Source of the DNA: Chrysomallon squamiferum
Lineage: Eukaryota; Animalia; Mollusca
DNA length: 64,000 nt
Reading direction: 5' to 3'
NCBI GenBank assembly: GCA_012295275.1
Contig: CM022674.1
Location: 3,906,001 to 3,970,000 of the forward strand
A model generated the notes under the pieces. It was not told the DNA's origin. It ran no database searches and saw nothing but the letters and a program-made list of their open reading frames with translations. This document shows, one piece after another, positions 31,809-45,193 of the stretch. Numbering within the stretch: the stretch's first letter is position 1; every line of letters starts with the position of its first letter. The position numbers and the translations under genes are program-made.

Positions 31809-32569
31809 TTAACATTTTTCTTTGCTAACAATAATAGTGATAACAATGATGAGAACCATAGATTGATAACTTTAACGAGTTGTTTTTGTTACAGCTAGTA
31901 TTATTAATTTTTTGGTTCAGTATTTTGTATGATAAATTTGTTTATTACTAGATGGTAGACGTTTCCTAGAAGTGAAATGAAAATATTTAAGGACAAAAAA
32001 AATAATAATACAAAACAAACAACAACAGCAGCAAAAACAATTAATACAAATCAAATAAAATGAATAAAAGAATAAAGAAAGATAAAAGAAAAGGAAAGGA
32101 AAACCAAAAAAAAAAGTAAGAAGAACAAAAGAAAGAAAGGAAGGAGAAAGAAACATCTAATTCTTATTCAGTTTTACATTATGTACGAAATTACGTCAAA
32201 TAATTAAATGACGTCATATCATTATTTATGTCCAGGAGGTTTATACGTTCTGTAATTGTACAGAGTCCATAACGACAGCAAGACGCAGCAAGTTATCACG
32301 TTTTTGTGTGGGTGGGTGGGGTGGGGTGATAATAATAATCATAAAAAAAATAAACAGGTGAAAGGTCACTACAGGGTTTCGAACCTGGATCGACAAAAAC
32401 ATCAGCTGACACGCTTACCGTTTCTCTCTTGCTTTACCATCTGCCGCATAATAATATTTATTCCTGTCCACGATCTGTCGTGACTAGAAGAGGATCCAGT
32501 AATTATGGTTCGTTTCGTCATGGCTAAAACCTCTCACAGTATCCAGTCCCGCGACAAACATACACAAAG

Positions 32570-32741
32570 ATGCAGCTCAAGGAAAAACAAGACAAAAAAT
32601 CACTTACGTTTGACAACGTTATCGAATCCACTGGGTATGTCGGAAAGTATCATCTGGCTCAGTCTCTACAGACTATGGCATGCACATTTGCTGTAGCTTT
32701 TCCGATTCTCAACATTATATTTCTTGGTATGTACTGTTCTG

Positions 32742-32816
<75 letters not shown>

Positions 32817-32826
32817 GTTATTGTTA

Positions 32827-32869
<43 letters not shown>

Positions 32870-33373
32870 CATCAGCACCACCATCATCATAATCATCATC
32901 GTTATATTATAAAGTCTAACACACCTTATAAACCTGAAATCCTCGAATTATATATATGTGTGTGTGTGTATAAACATACATATAGACACACACACACATA
33001 CAGACATACATACATACATACACAGACACATACATTCACGTATATGCACACACACATATATTCATATTTACGCGGTGAATGGACGTTCTGGCTATGGACG
33101 ATTTGGCCTAGGAAATGTCAGACAAGGACGTTTCGACCTGATTTTTTAAATTTAAATTTGTTATTTTAATTTTATATATATGTATGGATATTGCTAATTT
33201 AAATGTTCAATATTGTGCCAACAAAAATAGATGATTTTCACAATTCCGAAGTTAATTCCTCAAAATGAAAAATGTTGGTCTCTATGGCGAAAACGTCCGA
33301 CTTCGGAAAACATATCCCAGTCTAATAAGAACTAGGCTAGATCATCATACAATTTACAGCATACCTAGTAGAA

Positions 33374-33470
<97 letters not shown>

Positions 33471-33813
33471 TGTGACGGATACATGTACATATATATACTG
33501 GGCGTTTCTGTAAATCATTTATCATTGTTGTCGCAGGGTATGACGTCCCACATCAGTGTCGTCGCAGCAACTCAACTGACAGCGACTACGCAGACTTCGG
33601 CAACGTAACGTCCGTAGTTTACGAAGAATGTTCAATCGTGACAGTAAGAAACGACACCGGCGGTAAAGTGGTTAAAAAGACGTATCCATGTCTCTATGGA
33701 AACGAGTACAGCTTGCCTAGCAGAATTTCTCTTGTATCAGAGGTAGGGATCATTTAATGACATTATTACTTTTTATTTTATTTTAAATTATTCTTTGTTT
33801 AAAGAACGTTTGA

Positions 33814-33895
<82 letters not shown>

Positions 33896-33986
33896 TATGT
33901 TTGAGACGGAAATAGATGAATATTAGTTCTTTTATTTTTAACTGTTTTCGTTTAATTTCCTTTCCTCTGTTATTTTCTTTTCTTTA

Positions 33987-34050
<64 letters not shown>

Positions 34051-34511
34051 TATTATTTATTTATTTCAGTGGGGTCTTGTCTGCGACAAAGCCGGCTACT
34101 TCGAGCTCTCTCAGACGATTCTTATGATTGGACAAGGATTCGGGTCACTGATTTGTACGACGCTCGCTGATAGGTTCGGCAGAAAGCCGCTCTACATCCT
34201 GTGTCTGCTCGGACTGACCGGATGCGGCTACGGAACTGTGTTTGCTCCAAACGTAGCCGTTTTCATCGTTTTGCGGTTTTTCATTGGCGCTTTACAGCAG
34301 GTAATAATGCTTTATAATACGTTAGGTATTTATGAATGGCTTAATTAAAATTTTGGATAGAGGAAAATATTAATTAATTATTAGTAATAATAATAATAAT
34401 AATAATAATAATGATGATGATGATGATGATGTTGAAGTTGATGAGGAATCATTAAAAAATAATAGCTATAATGTAACAGTACGCCAATTATTACTGTTGC
34501 TGTTGCTCTTC

Positions 34512-34571
<60 letters not shown>

Positions 34572-34825
34572 TAATAATAATGTTAGTGATGATGATGATA
34601 ATAAATACATTATTATTTGTTGTTGTTGTTGTTATTGCTATCATCACCTCCTTGTAGTAGCAGTGATATTATTAAGTACTGAAGGTAGTCGTAGGTGGTG
34701 TTAATGTTATTATTCGTAGACGTAGTAGCTGTAGTGGCAGTAGTAATAGTAGCGGTGGTGTAGTTTTTGTGACATATACGTATGTTGTAAATGCATCTAT
34801 ATATTTGTAAATTTTTAATTTATTT

Positions 34826-34873
<48 letters not shown>

Positions 34874-35822
34874 TATTATTATTATTCATCATTATTATTA
34901 TTATTATTTTGTGTGTTTGTTTATCAAGTTATGAATTGTTGTTAACATTCCTCTTTACGAAATGACGTCACAATGAAATGCTTCGTCACGAACGAGTTAT
35001 TTGCATAACACACTGTTTATACATCTGCAACAAACAGTGGTCGCTAGAAAAATACACTGTAAACATGTCCTAAGAAAATCTGTTAAAACTTTTATCACTG
35101 AATAATATATATATAAAAGAAATTAAAAAAATAATAAAAATAAAACAGTCACTTGTTTGTGTGTGTGTGTGTAAAATCTAGATCTTATGACATTTCATAA
35201 AAAGCTTTTGTTTTTATCGTTCTTCTTCTTTTTCTTCTTCTTCTTCTTCTTCTGTTGTAATTATTGCTGTTGCTACTGCTGCTGTTGCTTCTGTCGTTGT
35301 TGTTGTTATTTATCATCTTCCTTTTCTTTCTGTATGATACTAGTCCTCGACGTTTCCTTTTATAGATATTTTCCACACACACATATTCATACATAAATAC
35401 AAACACAAACAGACAGACAAACAGACACATACATACGTATACATAAAGATCATTCCTTTTTTTATCAGGGCTCAGGTCTGACTTCTTACACCATGTTTGT
35501 GGAGCTGCTTCCCACATACCACAGAACGCTGGCAGGGATGATCGGAGGGTTTGTGTGGGTCACGTCTCTCTGTTTACTGTCCGCCATATCTTACCTGATG
35601 CAAGACTTCCACTGGAGGCACACTCAGTTAGTGTACGCTTCAGTTTCCGTTTACGTTGTCATATTGTACTGGTAAGAATGATTCTGCTCTCTGATAGTGT
35701 CGCTTTAGCTTCTTTCTTTGTCGTTTTTTTTTTTTCATCGTCTTTAAATAATAATAATAATAATAATAATATCAAGAACAACAAAAATAAAAAAAAAAAA
35801 AATAATAATAATAATGATGATG

Positions 35823-35880
<58 letters not shown>

Positions 35881-36094
35881 CAGAAACCAAGAACAAGAAA
35901 AAAAATATATATCTGTGTATATCTCTGAACTATTTTTCTCAAACCACCTACCTGTCTTCCTTCAGTCGGTCGATCTGTCTCTCTGTCTATTTGTCTATCT
36001 GTGTATTGTTCTTTATTACACCTGTGGTGTTTGTGTCATGTCTTTTGGGGGTGTATGTATGCATGCGTGCACGCCTTTGAATGTATGTGTGCAA

Positions 36095-36134
<40 letters not shown>

Positions 36135-39100
36135 TGTGTGTGAGAAAGAGATAGATCTGATACGAACACGGCTGTAACAGCAACAGCACTAAGCATCACG
36201 ATTTGTTTAAATTTCAGGACACTGGACGAATCAATTAGATGGCTTCTAGCCAACGGGAGACTCGATGAGGCTAGAAGACTGATTTCCAAAGCTGCCAAAA
36301 GAAACGGAGTCGATCCTAAGAAATCGGTGGAAATGTTAAACGAGCTGATAGCTTCACAGGAAATATCTTCAAACGAAATCAACGAGGAATCCTCCAGTAA
36401 CGAAGAATCATCGAAACCGTTGCTCCGGTCAACAGAGAAAGACGACGACACAAAACAAATTAAAGATACTCACGGAATATCTCATACACCGTCGACTGAA
36501 AATTCACCTAGTGTCAACACCGAAAAGGTTGAAGGGAGGGAATCAGCTAACAGAGCGTTATGTCGCGAGTGTTTGTCTGACAACAAAGATCCGCTGGAAG
36601 CAGCTGGCCGACTGAAGAAGAAAACGAAAGATTTGAACAGAGCCGAGATGACCAAAATCACAAAATCTAAAAATTACACGATAATAGATCTGATACGTTC
36701 CAGATCTGTTTTTATTGTGACCTTAATTATTTGTTATATTTGGTAAATACAATACCTTTCTTCTACTGCTTCTTCTTCTTCTTCTTCTTCTTCTTCTTCT
36801 TCTTCTTCTTCTCCTCCTCCTTCTTCTTTTTTCTTCTTCGTCTTCTTTTCTTCTCCTCCTCCTTCTTCTTTTTTCTTCTTCTTCTTCTTCTTCTTCTACT
36901 ACTACCATACATACATACGTACTGACAGAGAGACATACGATTATAATTGTCAGTCTATTCATCAACGTTTAGATAAATCAAAATTTACTTTTCTCTGTTT
37001 CTAGGATTGTCAATAGTATGACGTATTATGGCCTGTTTTTGACGTCATCGTCGTTGGTTGGTAACAGATTTCTCAATTTTTTCCTCTTCGCTGTCGTGGA
37101 GTCCCCTGGGGTACTGATAGTTCAACTCATGTATCAAAGGTGACAAATAATAGCAACTATTCTGCAGTATTTCAAGATACCATTTCAGTCTAACTTTACA
37201 TTACGTTAATTGTACGATCCAGATTTACGTTCGTTATAGATTACGTTCATTTTACGTTACGTTAATATTATATATTAATTTAATTTTCAGTATCGTTTTA
37301 CGTTCATGTTATAGATTTATTTTACGTATCAGGTTTAAGCTAATGCTATAGATTACTTTGATTTTATGTTACGGAGTTCATTAATGTTATACATTTAGTT
37401 TATTTTACGTTACAATTTTACATCAATTTACGTTATGGATTTACGATTATTTTACCTAATTTTATGCTTTCAGTTTTATATCCTTGTACGTTTTATGTTA
37501 GTTTTATCTTAGATTTACGTTAGTTTCATCACTATTATACATGTCTGTTATGTTTATGCATAAATGTTTGTTTTTGCTTTTAATTTTATATTTTTTATAT
37601 ATATATATATATATATTTTTTTACTGATTTAAAATTATGTAATATTATTAACAGACGTACCAAAAACAAAACAACAGTAGCGGTAACATTTGCATTACCT
37701 ATACTAGTAGCAGTAGAGATAGCAACAGCAGCAGAAATTTTAGCAGTAGTTCTGGTAGTAGTGGCATTAGTAGTAGTAACGGTGGTCGTTGTTGTGGTTA
37801 AGTAATGGTCATCATTGTCGTAAATGCAGTAGCTACTTCGCTACTTCTTTAGAGAATCATTAAAAACATGTTTTCCAGAGTTTTGAAAATCTAGGAATGA
37901 CAAAGACGGCAATGGTGAAAATATATCTCTGTAAATTAACTACTGAATAATTTATTTTGAATTTTACATCATTGACTTATTTCGTTTGTTAAATTTCAGA
38001 ACAGGAAGGAGAGAGGTGAGCATACTGTTTCACGTCCTGGCCGGAATGTCTCTCATAGCATCGGTCATCATTCTAGGAACCGCTGGTAAGCATTAACTGA
38101 AATAAATGTGTCTCGTTTTACTTCTGATGCGTATGTTCAAGTATCTTAATTAAATTTAGAGGAGTAACTTGTCAAGCATTAACAGAGAATAAGAATACAT
38201 AACAGTCAATTTCCGTCCTTTGAAAATGTGAAGGTTTTATAATTTACTGCATACTTACTAGGTTTATGCACAAATAAACCCTATATGCATAGCACCGAAT
38301 ATGGAATAATATTTACTTTTATTTACTGGTATAATGTTGCAAATCTGTTTCAGGTGAAAGTGAAGCTGGACAAATTTCTTCAAACATCTTCAACCTGTTT
38401 GGAAAATTCGCCATATCTTCCTCGTTTAATGCGTTATTTGTGTACGGGCCTGAAGTATTTCCAACCAACTTGAGGTGAGTTTTGTACTTATTAATAATCA
38501 ATTAACGAAAGCTTAACGATCCCAAATGCCGGTCCTGCATTTCTAACTGTTCGGGATTCTTCGCAAGCTGCAAAGAAATCTGGTTAATCATTTTTTTTAT
38601 TTCTTGTTCGATCGGCTTGTTCGGTGTCTTAATGGTTAGTAGCCATAGTGTCAACAATAAAATAAAATAAAATAAAACAAAATAAAATAATTAAAGATAA
38701 TGTTGCATTTGTAAATTTCAGAACTGCTGGCCTAGGTTTGTCGTCTGCTTCGGCACGAATAGGCGGAATGGTCGCCCCGTACTCGAGATTTCTAGTACGT
38801 ATATTTAATGTAAAAATCAATGTTTATATATTTTTTAATTATAAGGAAATAACGTTCACGATATATGCCCATGATTATTTTTTTTATTATGATTTTTTTA
38901 ATGTTGAGCCCTTCATTCTAAGGTATTGATGACAAAAACAGAAACTAAAATATTTTTTTTTCTTATTTCTATCTGTCTTTCTACTTACTTACTGTCGATT
39001 TCTCTGTCTTTCTTTCTAGCCACACAATTTGTCTGTTAGGTTACGTTACGTTACGTTGTGTTATGTTATGTTATGTTATTTTATGTTATGTTATGTTGTG

Positions 39101-39457
39101 TTATGTTGTGTTGTGTTGTGTTATGTTATGCTATGCTATGCTATGTTATGTTATGTTATGTTGTGTTATGTTGTGTTATGTTATGTTAAATTACATTACG
39201 TTACGTTACGTTGTGTTATGTTACGTTACGTTATGTTATGTTATGTTATGTTATTTATATCGTTAAAGGGTGAAGAAGTTGTGTGGGGACCGGGAGCACT
39301 GTTTGGGGCGATGTGTCTCCTAGCCGCCTTTCTTGTGAGGTATCTCCCAGAAACCAAGGGCAGAGAACTCCCAACTACCATAGAAGAAATGGAAATCTCT
39401 ATATCCGAAACACGAAAAACAAAGAAACCAAAACAGACGACGCAACCATTATTATAA
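32570..39457 (+). CDS. SLC22-family organic cation/anion transporter (MFS)
   Basis: 10 exons: 32570-32726, 33537-33742, 34070-34300, 35469-35671, 36218-36742, 37005-37139, 38000-38085, 38354-38474, 38722-38794, 39269-39457. Motifs SLVSEWGLVCD, LADRFGRKP, ESIRWLL, EVFPTNLR, ARIGGMVAPY, LPETKGRELPTTIEE. Confidence 0.9.
39035..39255. repeat. (TTATG/TTACG/TTGTG)n pentanucleotide microsatellite, intronic
   Basis: Direct inspection. Confidence 0.9.
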
Positions 39458-40075
39458 TGACGTAAATAAGAAGTTTGTATTTAGTTTTTTTATTCTAGAA
39501 GAAACTTCACTGATGTTTTAGTTCCGTTTTCATTTTTCCCCCTTATTTTTTTTTTTTTTTTTTTTTAACGATTTTTAAAAAAAATATTTTAATATAATAT
39601 TCCAGTTAATGTTTATTATGCTGTAATAATAAAAAAAAGAAATCAAATATTTTTGTTTTGTTTTGTTCTAATTTTATATACGCTACTGTTAATAGTTAGT
39701 ATGTGAAAATAAAATATTTAGAAATTTAGATGGATGTGGATTTATTATCCTAATTAGTGCCCCGTTTAAAAGGAACAGATCTGAATAATTAGTCTCGGAG
39801 TAAAATTAAAGTAAAATTGACAACAGCGTTTGGTTCATTTCTTACATTTGTTTAGAAACTGAATTAAAATATTATTATTATTATAAGCAACAGTTTCAGT
39901 TGTATTTTTGAAAGGTTCCTCTATAGGATATAATTATATTATATCGTTAGAATTTTGAAATAATATATTGGTTTCGTCATGCTTGAAATCACGTTATTTA
40001 TTTATTTATTTATTTATATCATTGTTGTTGTTTAGTGTCTCTCTCTCTCTCTCTCTCTCTGTTTCCCTCCGTCTC

Positions 40076-40107
<32 letters not shown>

Positions 40108-40171
40108 GTCTCTCCCTCTCTCTCTCTCAAGCATCCTCCATGCATACAGCTGCCATTGCTTTCTTTCAGCA

Positions 40172-40253
40172 GGTAGCGTGGCCGAGCGGTCTAAGGCGCT
40201 GGTTTTAGGCACCAGTCTCTTCGGAGGCGTGGGTTCGAATCCCACCGCTGCCA
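40172..40253 (+). tRNA. tRNA-Leu(TAG), dispersed
   Basis: Anticodon loop TTTAGGC; otherwise as the 31007 copy; T-run terminator. Confidence 0.95.
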
Positions 40254-40493
40254 AGAATGGTTTTTTATTTATTTTTTATTTTTTTTAATTTATTTATTTG
40301 ATAATAACAAACAGAAATTGCATACACACATGTCTATATATACACAAAAGCAGATAAATACTAACACCCACAAACACACAACAATTCTGTCATACAAATG
40401 ATATTCCATAAAAATAAAAATAAACAAAACTATTAAATCACTTTCATCATAATGTATTATAAGACAAGAACGTTGACAGATCTGGGAAACATC

Positions 40494-40894
40494 TTATCCC
40501 TTTCTTCCACAACGTCTTCCACGACCACCACGACGTCCCCAAGCACTGGTACATCCCAGCAGAGAACCTGAATAAAAATTACATTAACATTTTTGTATTT
40601 ATTTATTTATAATAATGTTATGTAGGTCAGTAACAAGAATATATAATATTTTAAAACCATAATTGTCTGCGTGGAACGTGAAACAATTAATTTGTACGTA
40701 AAATATAACTTTACCATCCATTATTTTAATAATTTATATATTACATTTTGTAGATTAATGTCCAAATAAATAAATATATATCGATTTCATGAATAGGATT
40801 TCTTAGGTATTATAAATTGAAAAATAAATAAATAAATAAATAAACAAATGAACTCACCAATGGAAAGAATCAAAATCAAAGCAGCTATCTTCAT
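40494..40894 (-). CDS. Putative 36-aa secreted Gly/Arg-rich cationic peptide precursor (two coding exons)
   Basis: Exon 40894-40858 (AAAATG context, GTGAGT donor) plus exon 40567-40494 (TTTTATTCAG acceptor, matching phase 1) gives MKIAALILILSIGSLLGCTSA-WGRRGGRGRRCGRKG*. Confidence 0.7.
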
Positions 40895-41774
40895 TTTGTA
40901 CAATTTTGTTATCAGTTATCTCTGTACGTTCGTTTGTCTGTACGTCTGTAGCTCTTACCCTTGGTTTACAGAAGTGAAACCAGTTTGATCTACGATGCCT
41001 GGTGATCTCTATTTATTCACATCAGAGCGGATGTTACGTAATGGTCTCGTGCTGATGTCGTCTAGTTCGTGCGGTTACGTCATGTCGTTCTGTAAGATGC
41101 AGTTCATTTCTAAATACAGAACACCGCTGTCACTGCAGTCGTCGTTGTGGTTGTGGTTTTTGTTATAATAAAGAGATGAGCAGGTGCACACATCGGTTGC
41201 AGTATTTAGTTTTAAACGGAACAGGAGTTCAAAGTCACCTGACTGACACCAATGGCGTCTTATCAGTGGTAGTGAAGTGATACATCTGGAATCGCGGTTG
41301 TCACCAGGTTTCAAACAGCAGTGGTGAGCGAGGAAGTGACGAAACGATTATTTAAATCTGTCACTTTAAATATATATATATATATATATATTCCAACTGG
41401 CTGACAGCAGTGTATTTTGACTTAACACTGCGGCTTGTACCATTTAATAACATTTATTAAAGACGTAACTTTGGAAATAAATTGTCTGATATTTATTATA
41501 TTTATTTCCTTGTTCTTCTTGATGTAGATTTTCGTAGCTGTTCTTGTAATTGTAGTTGTAGTTGTTGTTGCTGTTGCTGCTGCGATTATTGTTAGTCTTT
41601 CTTTAATTTTGTTTATGTGTATTAAAAGATGAGTGATTCGTGTTCATGCCTGAATTACTGTGATTCTTCAGATTATCCAATACATTATTTCCCATTCCAG
41701 TTTTATATACCAAAAGCTCTCATCAATTTCTTTCTTTTTTATCCCACATAGTTTTATTGTATTTTAGTACCACA

Positions 41775-42694
41775 TTCCATCTTTAATATAACAAAAATAA
41801 ATACCTATTCTTATAGAAGCCAGTATCTTTGCAGTTCATGTTGTCATTGGTGACTAAGGCGCTTGTTTAAGACACCAGTCTCTATTGATGCAGTCGTTTT
41901 AGACAAAAATCACACACATGTAAAATACAGATCTTATGTGAAAAAAATGTTGTAGAAATGGGAAGATACGTACTTATATTGAAAATATTATAGAGTACCA
42001 GTGAATGTGAAATCAGCAAAAATGACTTGAGATGCAAATTAGCATGAATGACTGACATTTGGAAAAGATAACAGTGACAAGTTATAAGAAGACAAACGCG
42101 TGCTCGTCTTTGAAGCTGAAATAAAAACTGATTTAACAAAGAGCGACTTAGATATCAAGTAAGAAAAGCTAAAACTGACGAATCTGAAAGGCAAATAGAA
42201 ACGGCTTAAACGCTAAAAGATATTAAACTCTCCGTAGTACATACGCTGACATTTGTATAAATGGTGAAAGGAAAACGACTGCATTCCGCCATGTCAATGA
42301 CACGTTAAAGGTGAGATACAATTTATGTCATCGGTGGTCTATGGTAGAATCACTGATTGACCAGGTTCAATTGATCGATGATATTGATTCATTTTCTTCT
42401 TTTTCTTTGTTTTGCAAATATTCCAAGAAAATATTAGGCGAAAATGAAATAAACACGCTCAGTAAAGATATTTGGTCTATAATTACTTTGGTATAAACAC
42501 GCATTCCATTATTCCACGTTTACGTTTTGAGAAAGTAAGTCATAATTTGCAGCACTACCACTGTTAGAAACTGCATAGATTACGTAACAACAATTGCATG
42601 ACGTCATTAACTATTCTTGTTTTCTCAGACATCATTTAATAAACATAACATTTAATGTTAAAATACATTTTGTTTTTTAACTGAAGTTGAAGGG

Positions 42695-42730
<36 letters not shown>

Positions 42731-43550
42731 TATCTTACGCTTCTGTACATGTTTATCGCATAGGAACTTCCAGTTAGGATAGAGTCGGGTGTGAACGAGA
42801 TTCACTTCAGCTTCCGCTTTGAAAAGTTTTAAAGAAAGAAGTGCATTGTTTTAGTTAAAATATCTTCGGCAGAAAAAATTGGAGTGACTGATTTAAGAAA
42901 GGAAACAACGAAGAAAAAGTGTTTTAAGAAGAAATCCGATCATAAATGTTCAGGTCAACAGTTAAAAAAAGTCACCAGGTTACAGAATAATTACGTAAGT
43001 GATCTGGTGTATAATTATATTGATTACCCATATGACTATTGACCATATAACTTTTGGGAGGATACCATTATACTCATGCGTTTGTAGAAATGAACCGAAT
43101 AATTGCGAATTTACAACGGCTATATTTTCATTTTTTGAGACAAGTGAGATTTGAAATTTATAATTTGAAAGGAAAATATTAATTTTTGGATCAATTTTAC
43201 ATATGTCTGAAAATCAGAAATCAGATAGAAGGTAAACTTAGTTAATGAACATAATAATATCATGCGTTAAAGGTCAGATACAATTTATATGAAACATCGG
43301 TGGTCAAGTTATCAGAAGACAAACGCGTGCTCGTCTTTCAAGCTGAAATGAAAACTGATTTAACAAAGAGCGAGTTAGATATCAAGTAAGAAAACCTTAA
43401 CCTGGCGAATCTTAAAGACAAATAGAAACTGCTTAAACGCTAAAAGATATTAAAGTCTCCGTAATACATACATTTCCATAAGCAGTGAAAGGAAAACGAC
43501 TGCATACTCCAATGTCAATGACACATTAAAGGTGAGAAACAATTTATGTG
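41775..43550 (+). pseudogene. Degenerate edge units of the tRNA array: tRNA-Leu fragment (~41850-41883), tRNA-Gly pseudogene (~42328-42380), truncated tRNA-Gly 5' end (~43293-43306)
   Basis: ctaaggcgcttgtttaagacaccagtctc; catcggtggtctatggtagaat...ggttcaatt..tcgatg; spacer homologies such as gacaaacgcgtgctcgtctttgaagctgaaat. Confidence 0.8.
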
Positions 43551-43552
43551 AA

Positions 43553-43623
43553 GCATCGGTGGTCTAGTGGTAGAATACTCGCCTGCCACGCGGGTGACCC
43601 GGGTTCAATTCCCGGTCGATGCA
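43553..43623 (+). tRNA. tRNA-Gly(GCC)
   Basis: GCATCGGTGGTCTAGTGGTAGAATACTCGCCTGCCACGCGGGTGACCCGGGTTCAATTCCCGGTCGATGCA. Confidence 0.9.
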
Positions 43624-44103
43624 CATACGTTTCACTTTTCTTTCTCTTTTGCATGAACATACTAAGAAATATGCAGTTGATATGTTTCCACGGAGAAAGT
43701 AATAATTTGTGACAGTTAGAGGCGTAACAACAATTGGATGACGTCATTAACCAGTCGTGCATATTCAAGTTGAGTTTTTGCGTCCTCGAATTTCCCAGTA
43801 ACGGGCAAGTGCGCAGTGGATTGTGAAATATTTCTGTTCTATAAAACAACGCCCTATAATGGACATTAATATATGTCTTTAATTTGTTTACTAAAATGTC
43901 ACGTGACAGTACACTCAATAAATATATAAACATATATGGTCCTGTTCGTTTGTTAATCTAGCTTTTCAAAAAAACTGCAATCAGCCTACGTATTTTCGTT
44001 GTAAAAGTCTTAAATGTAATGTTATAATATTAAGCGTTTTAAATACCGAATGATAAAAAGGTTGTTCAGGAGGCAGTTTCTTTCATACACGTTTTTTGTT
44101 ACA

Positions 44104-44185
44104 GGTAGCGTGGCCGAGCGGTCTAAGGCGCTGGTTTTAGGCACCAGTCTCCTCGGAGGCGTGGGTTCGAATCCCACCGCTGCCA
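44104..44185 (+). tRNA. tRNA-Leu(TAG)
   Basis: Array copy, loop TTTAGGC. Confidence 0.9.
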
Positions 44186-44702
44186 AATAGCTCGCAAGTG
44201 AGCTGATTCGTTTTGCAACAGAGAGAACGAGAGGAAAATTTTTTCCTGAAGTGACGTTTTGAAAACCAATAGGAACCTGGGGTACTCGGTAAAGAAAAAC
44301 TCAATTTATACTTCATTTTTATTTTCTTATTTTATTTATTTTCTAATTTCGAAAACATAATGGACAGTGACATCGAAACCGAAATTATCGAAATTGAACG
44401 AGATAGCAATTAGCATGATTCGCTGAAGTCAGAAAAACATAAGAGTGACAAGTTTTCACCAGACAAATGCGTGCTCGTCTTTGAAACTGAAATGAAAACT
44501 GATTTAACAAAGAGCGAGTTAGATATCAAGTAACAAAAGCTTATCCTGACGAATCTTAAAGACAAATAGAAACTGCTTGAAAGGTAAAAAGGATTACACT
44601 TTCCGTAGTACATACACTGACATTTGTATAAATGGTGAAAGGAAAACGACTGCATTCCGCCATGTCAATGACACGTTAAAGGTGAGATACAATTTATGTG
44701 AA

Positions 44703-44773
44703 GCATCGGTGGTCTAGTGGTAGAATACTCGCCTGCCACGCGGGTGACCCGGGTTCAATTCCCGGTCGATGCA
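44703..44773 (+). tRNA. tRNA-Gly(GCC)
   Basis: Array copy. Confidence 0.9.
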
Positions 44774-45111
44774 CATACGTTTCACTTTTTTTTCTTTCTC
44801 TTTTGCATGAAATATGTAGGCTAAAATTGATTAATTACATTCAGATAAAATGTCTTTTAATCTATTACGAATATGCACTTCACTGATTGATAAGTTTTGA
44901 TCTGATATTGATCAATCTATTGTAAATGTCGACGATATCACATACGAAGTGATACCAGGTTTCTTCTTTCATATCATGATTATACGAAAACATTCGGTTT
45001 CGTTAACTCAACAATATTGACTTCCCAAATTTCGTTCCATCTTTAATATAACATGAATAAATACATTTTGTTCTGTTGATTCCAGTATGTTTACAACCTG
45101 CTATTGTTTAT

Positions 45112-45193
45112 GGTAGCGTGGCCGAGCGGTCTAAGGCGCTGGTTTAAGGCACCAGTCTCCTCGGAGGCGTGGGTTCGAATCCCACCGCTGCCA
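45112..45193 (+). tRNA. tRNA-Leu(AAG)
   Basis: Array copy, loop TTAAGGC. Confidence 0.9.

Noticed and set aside
33070-33310. GGACG(A/T)TT repeats with an inverted AAAACGTCC, a possible MITE relic
   Set aside because: Termini and TSD cannot be defined.
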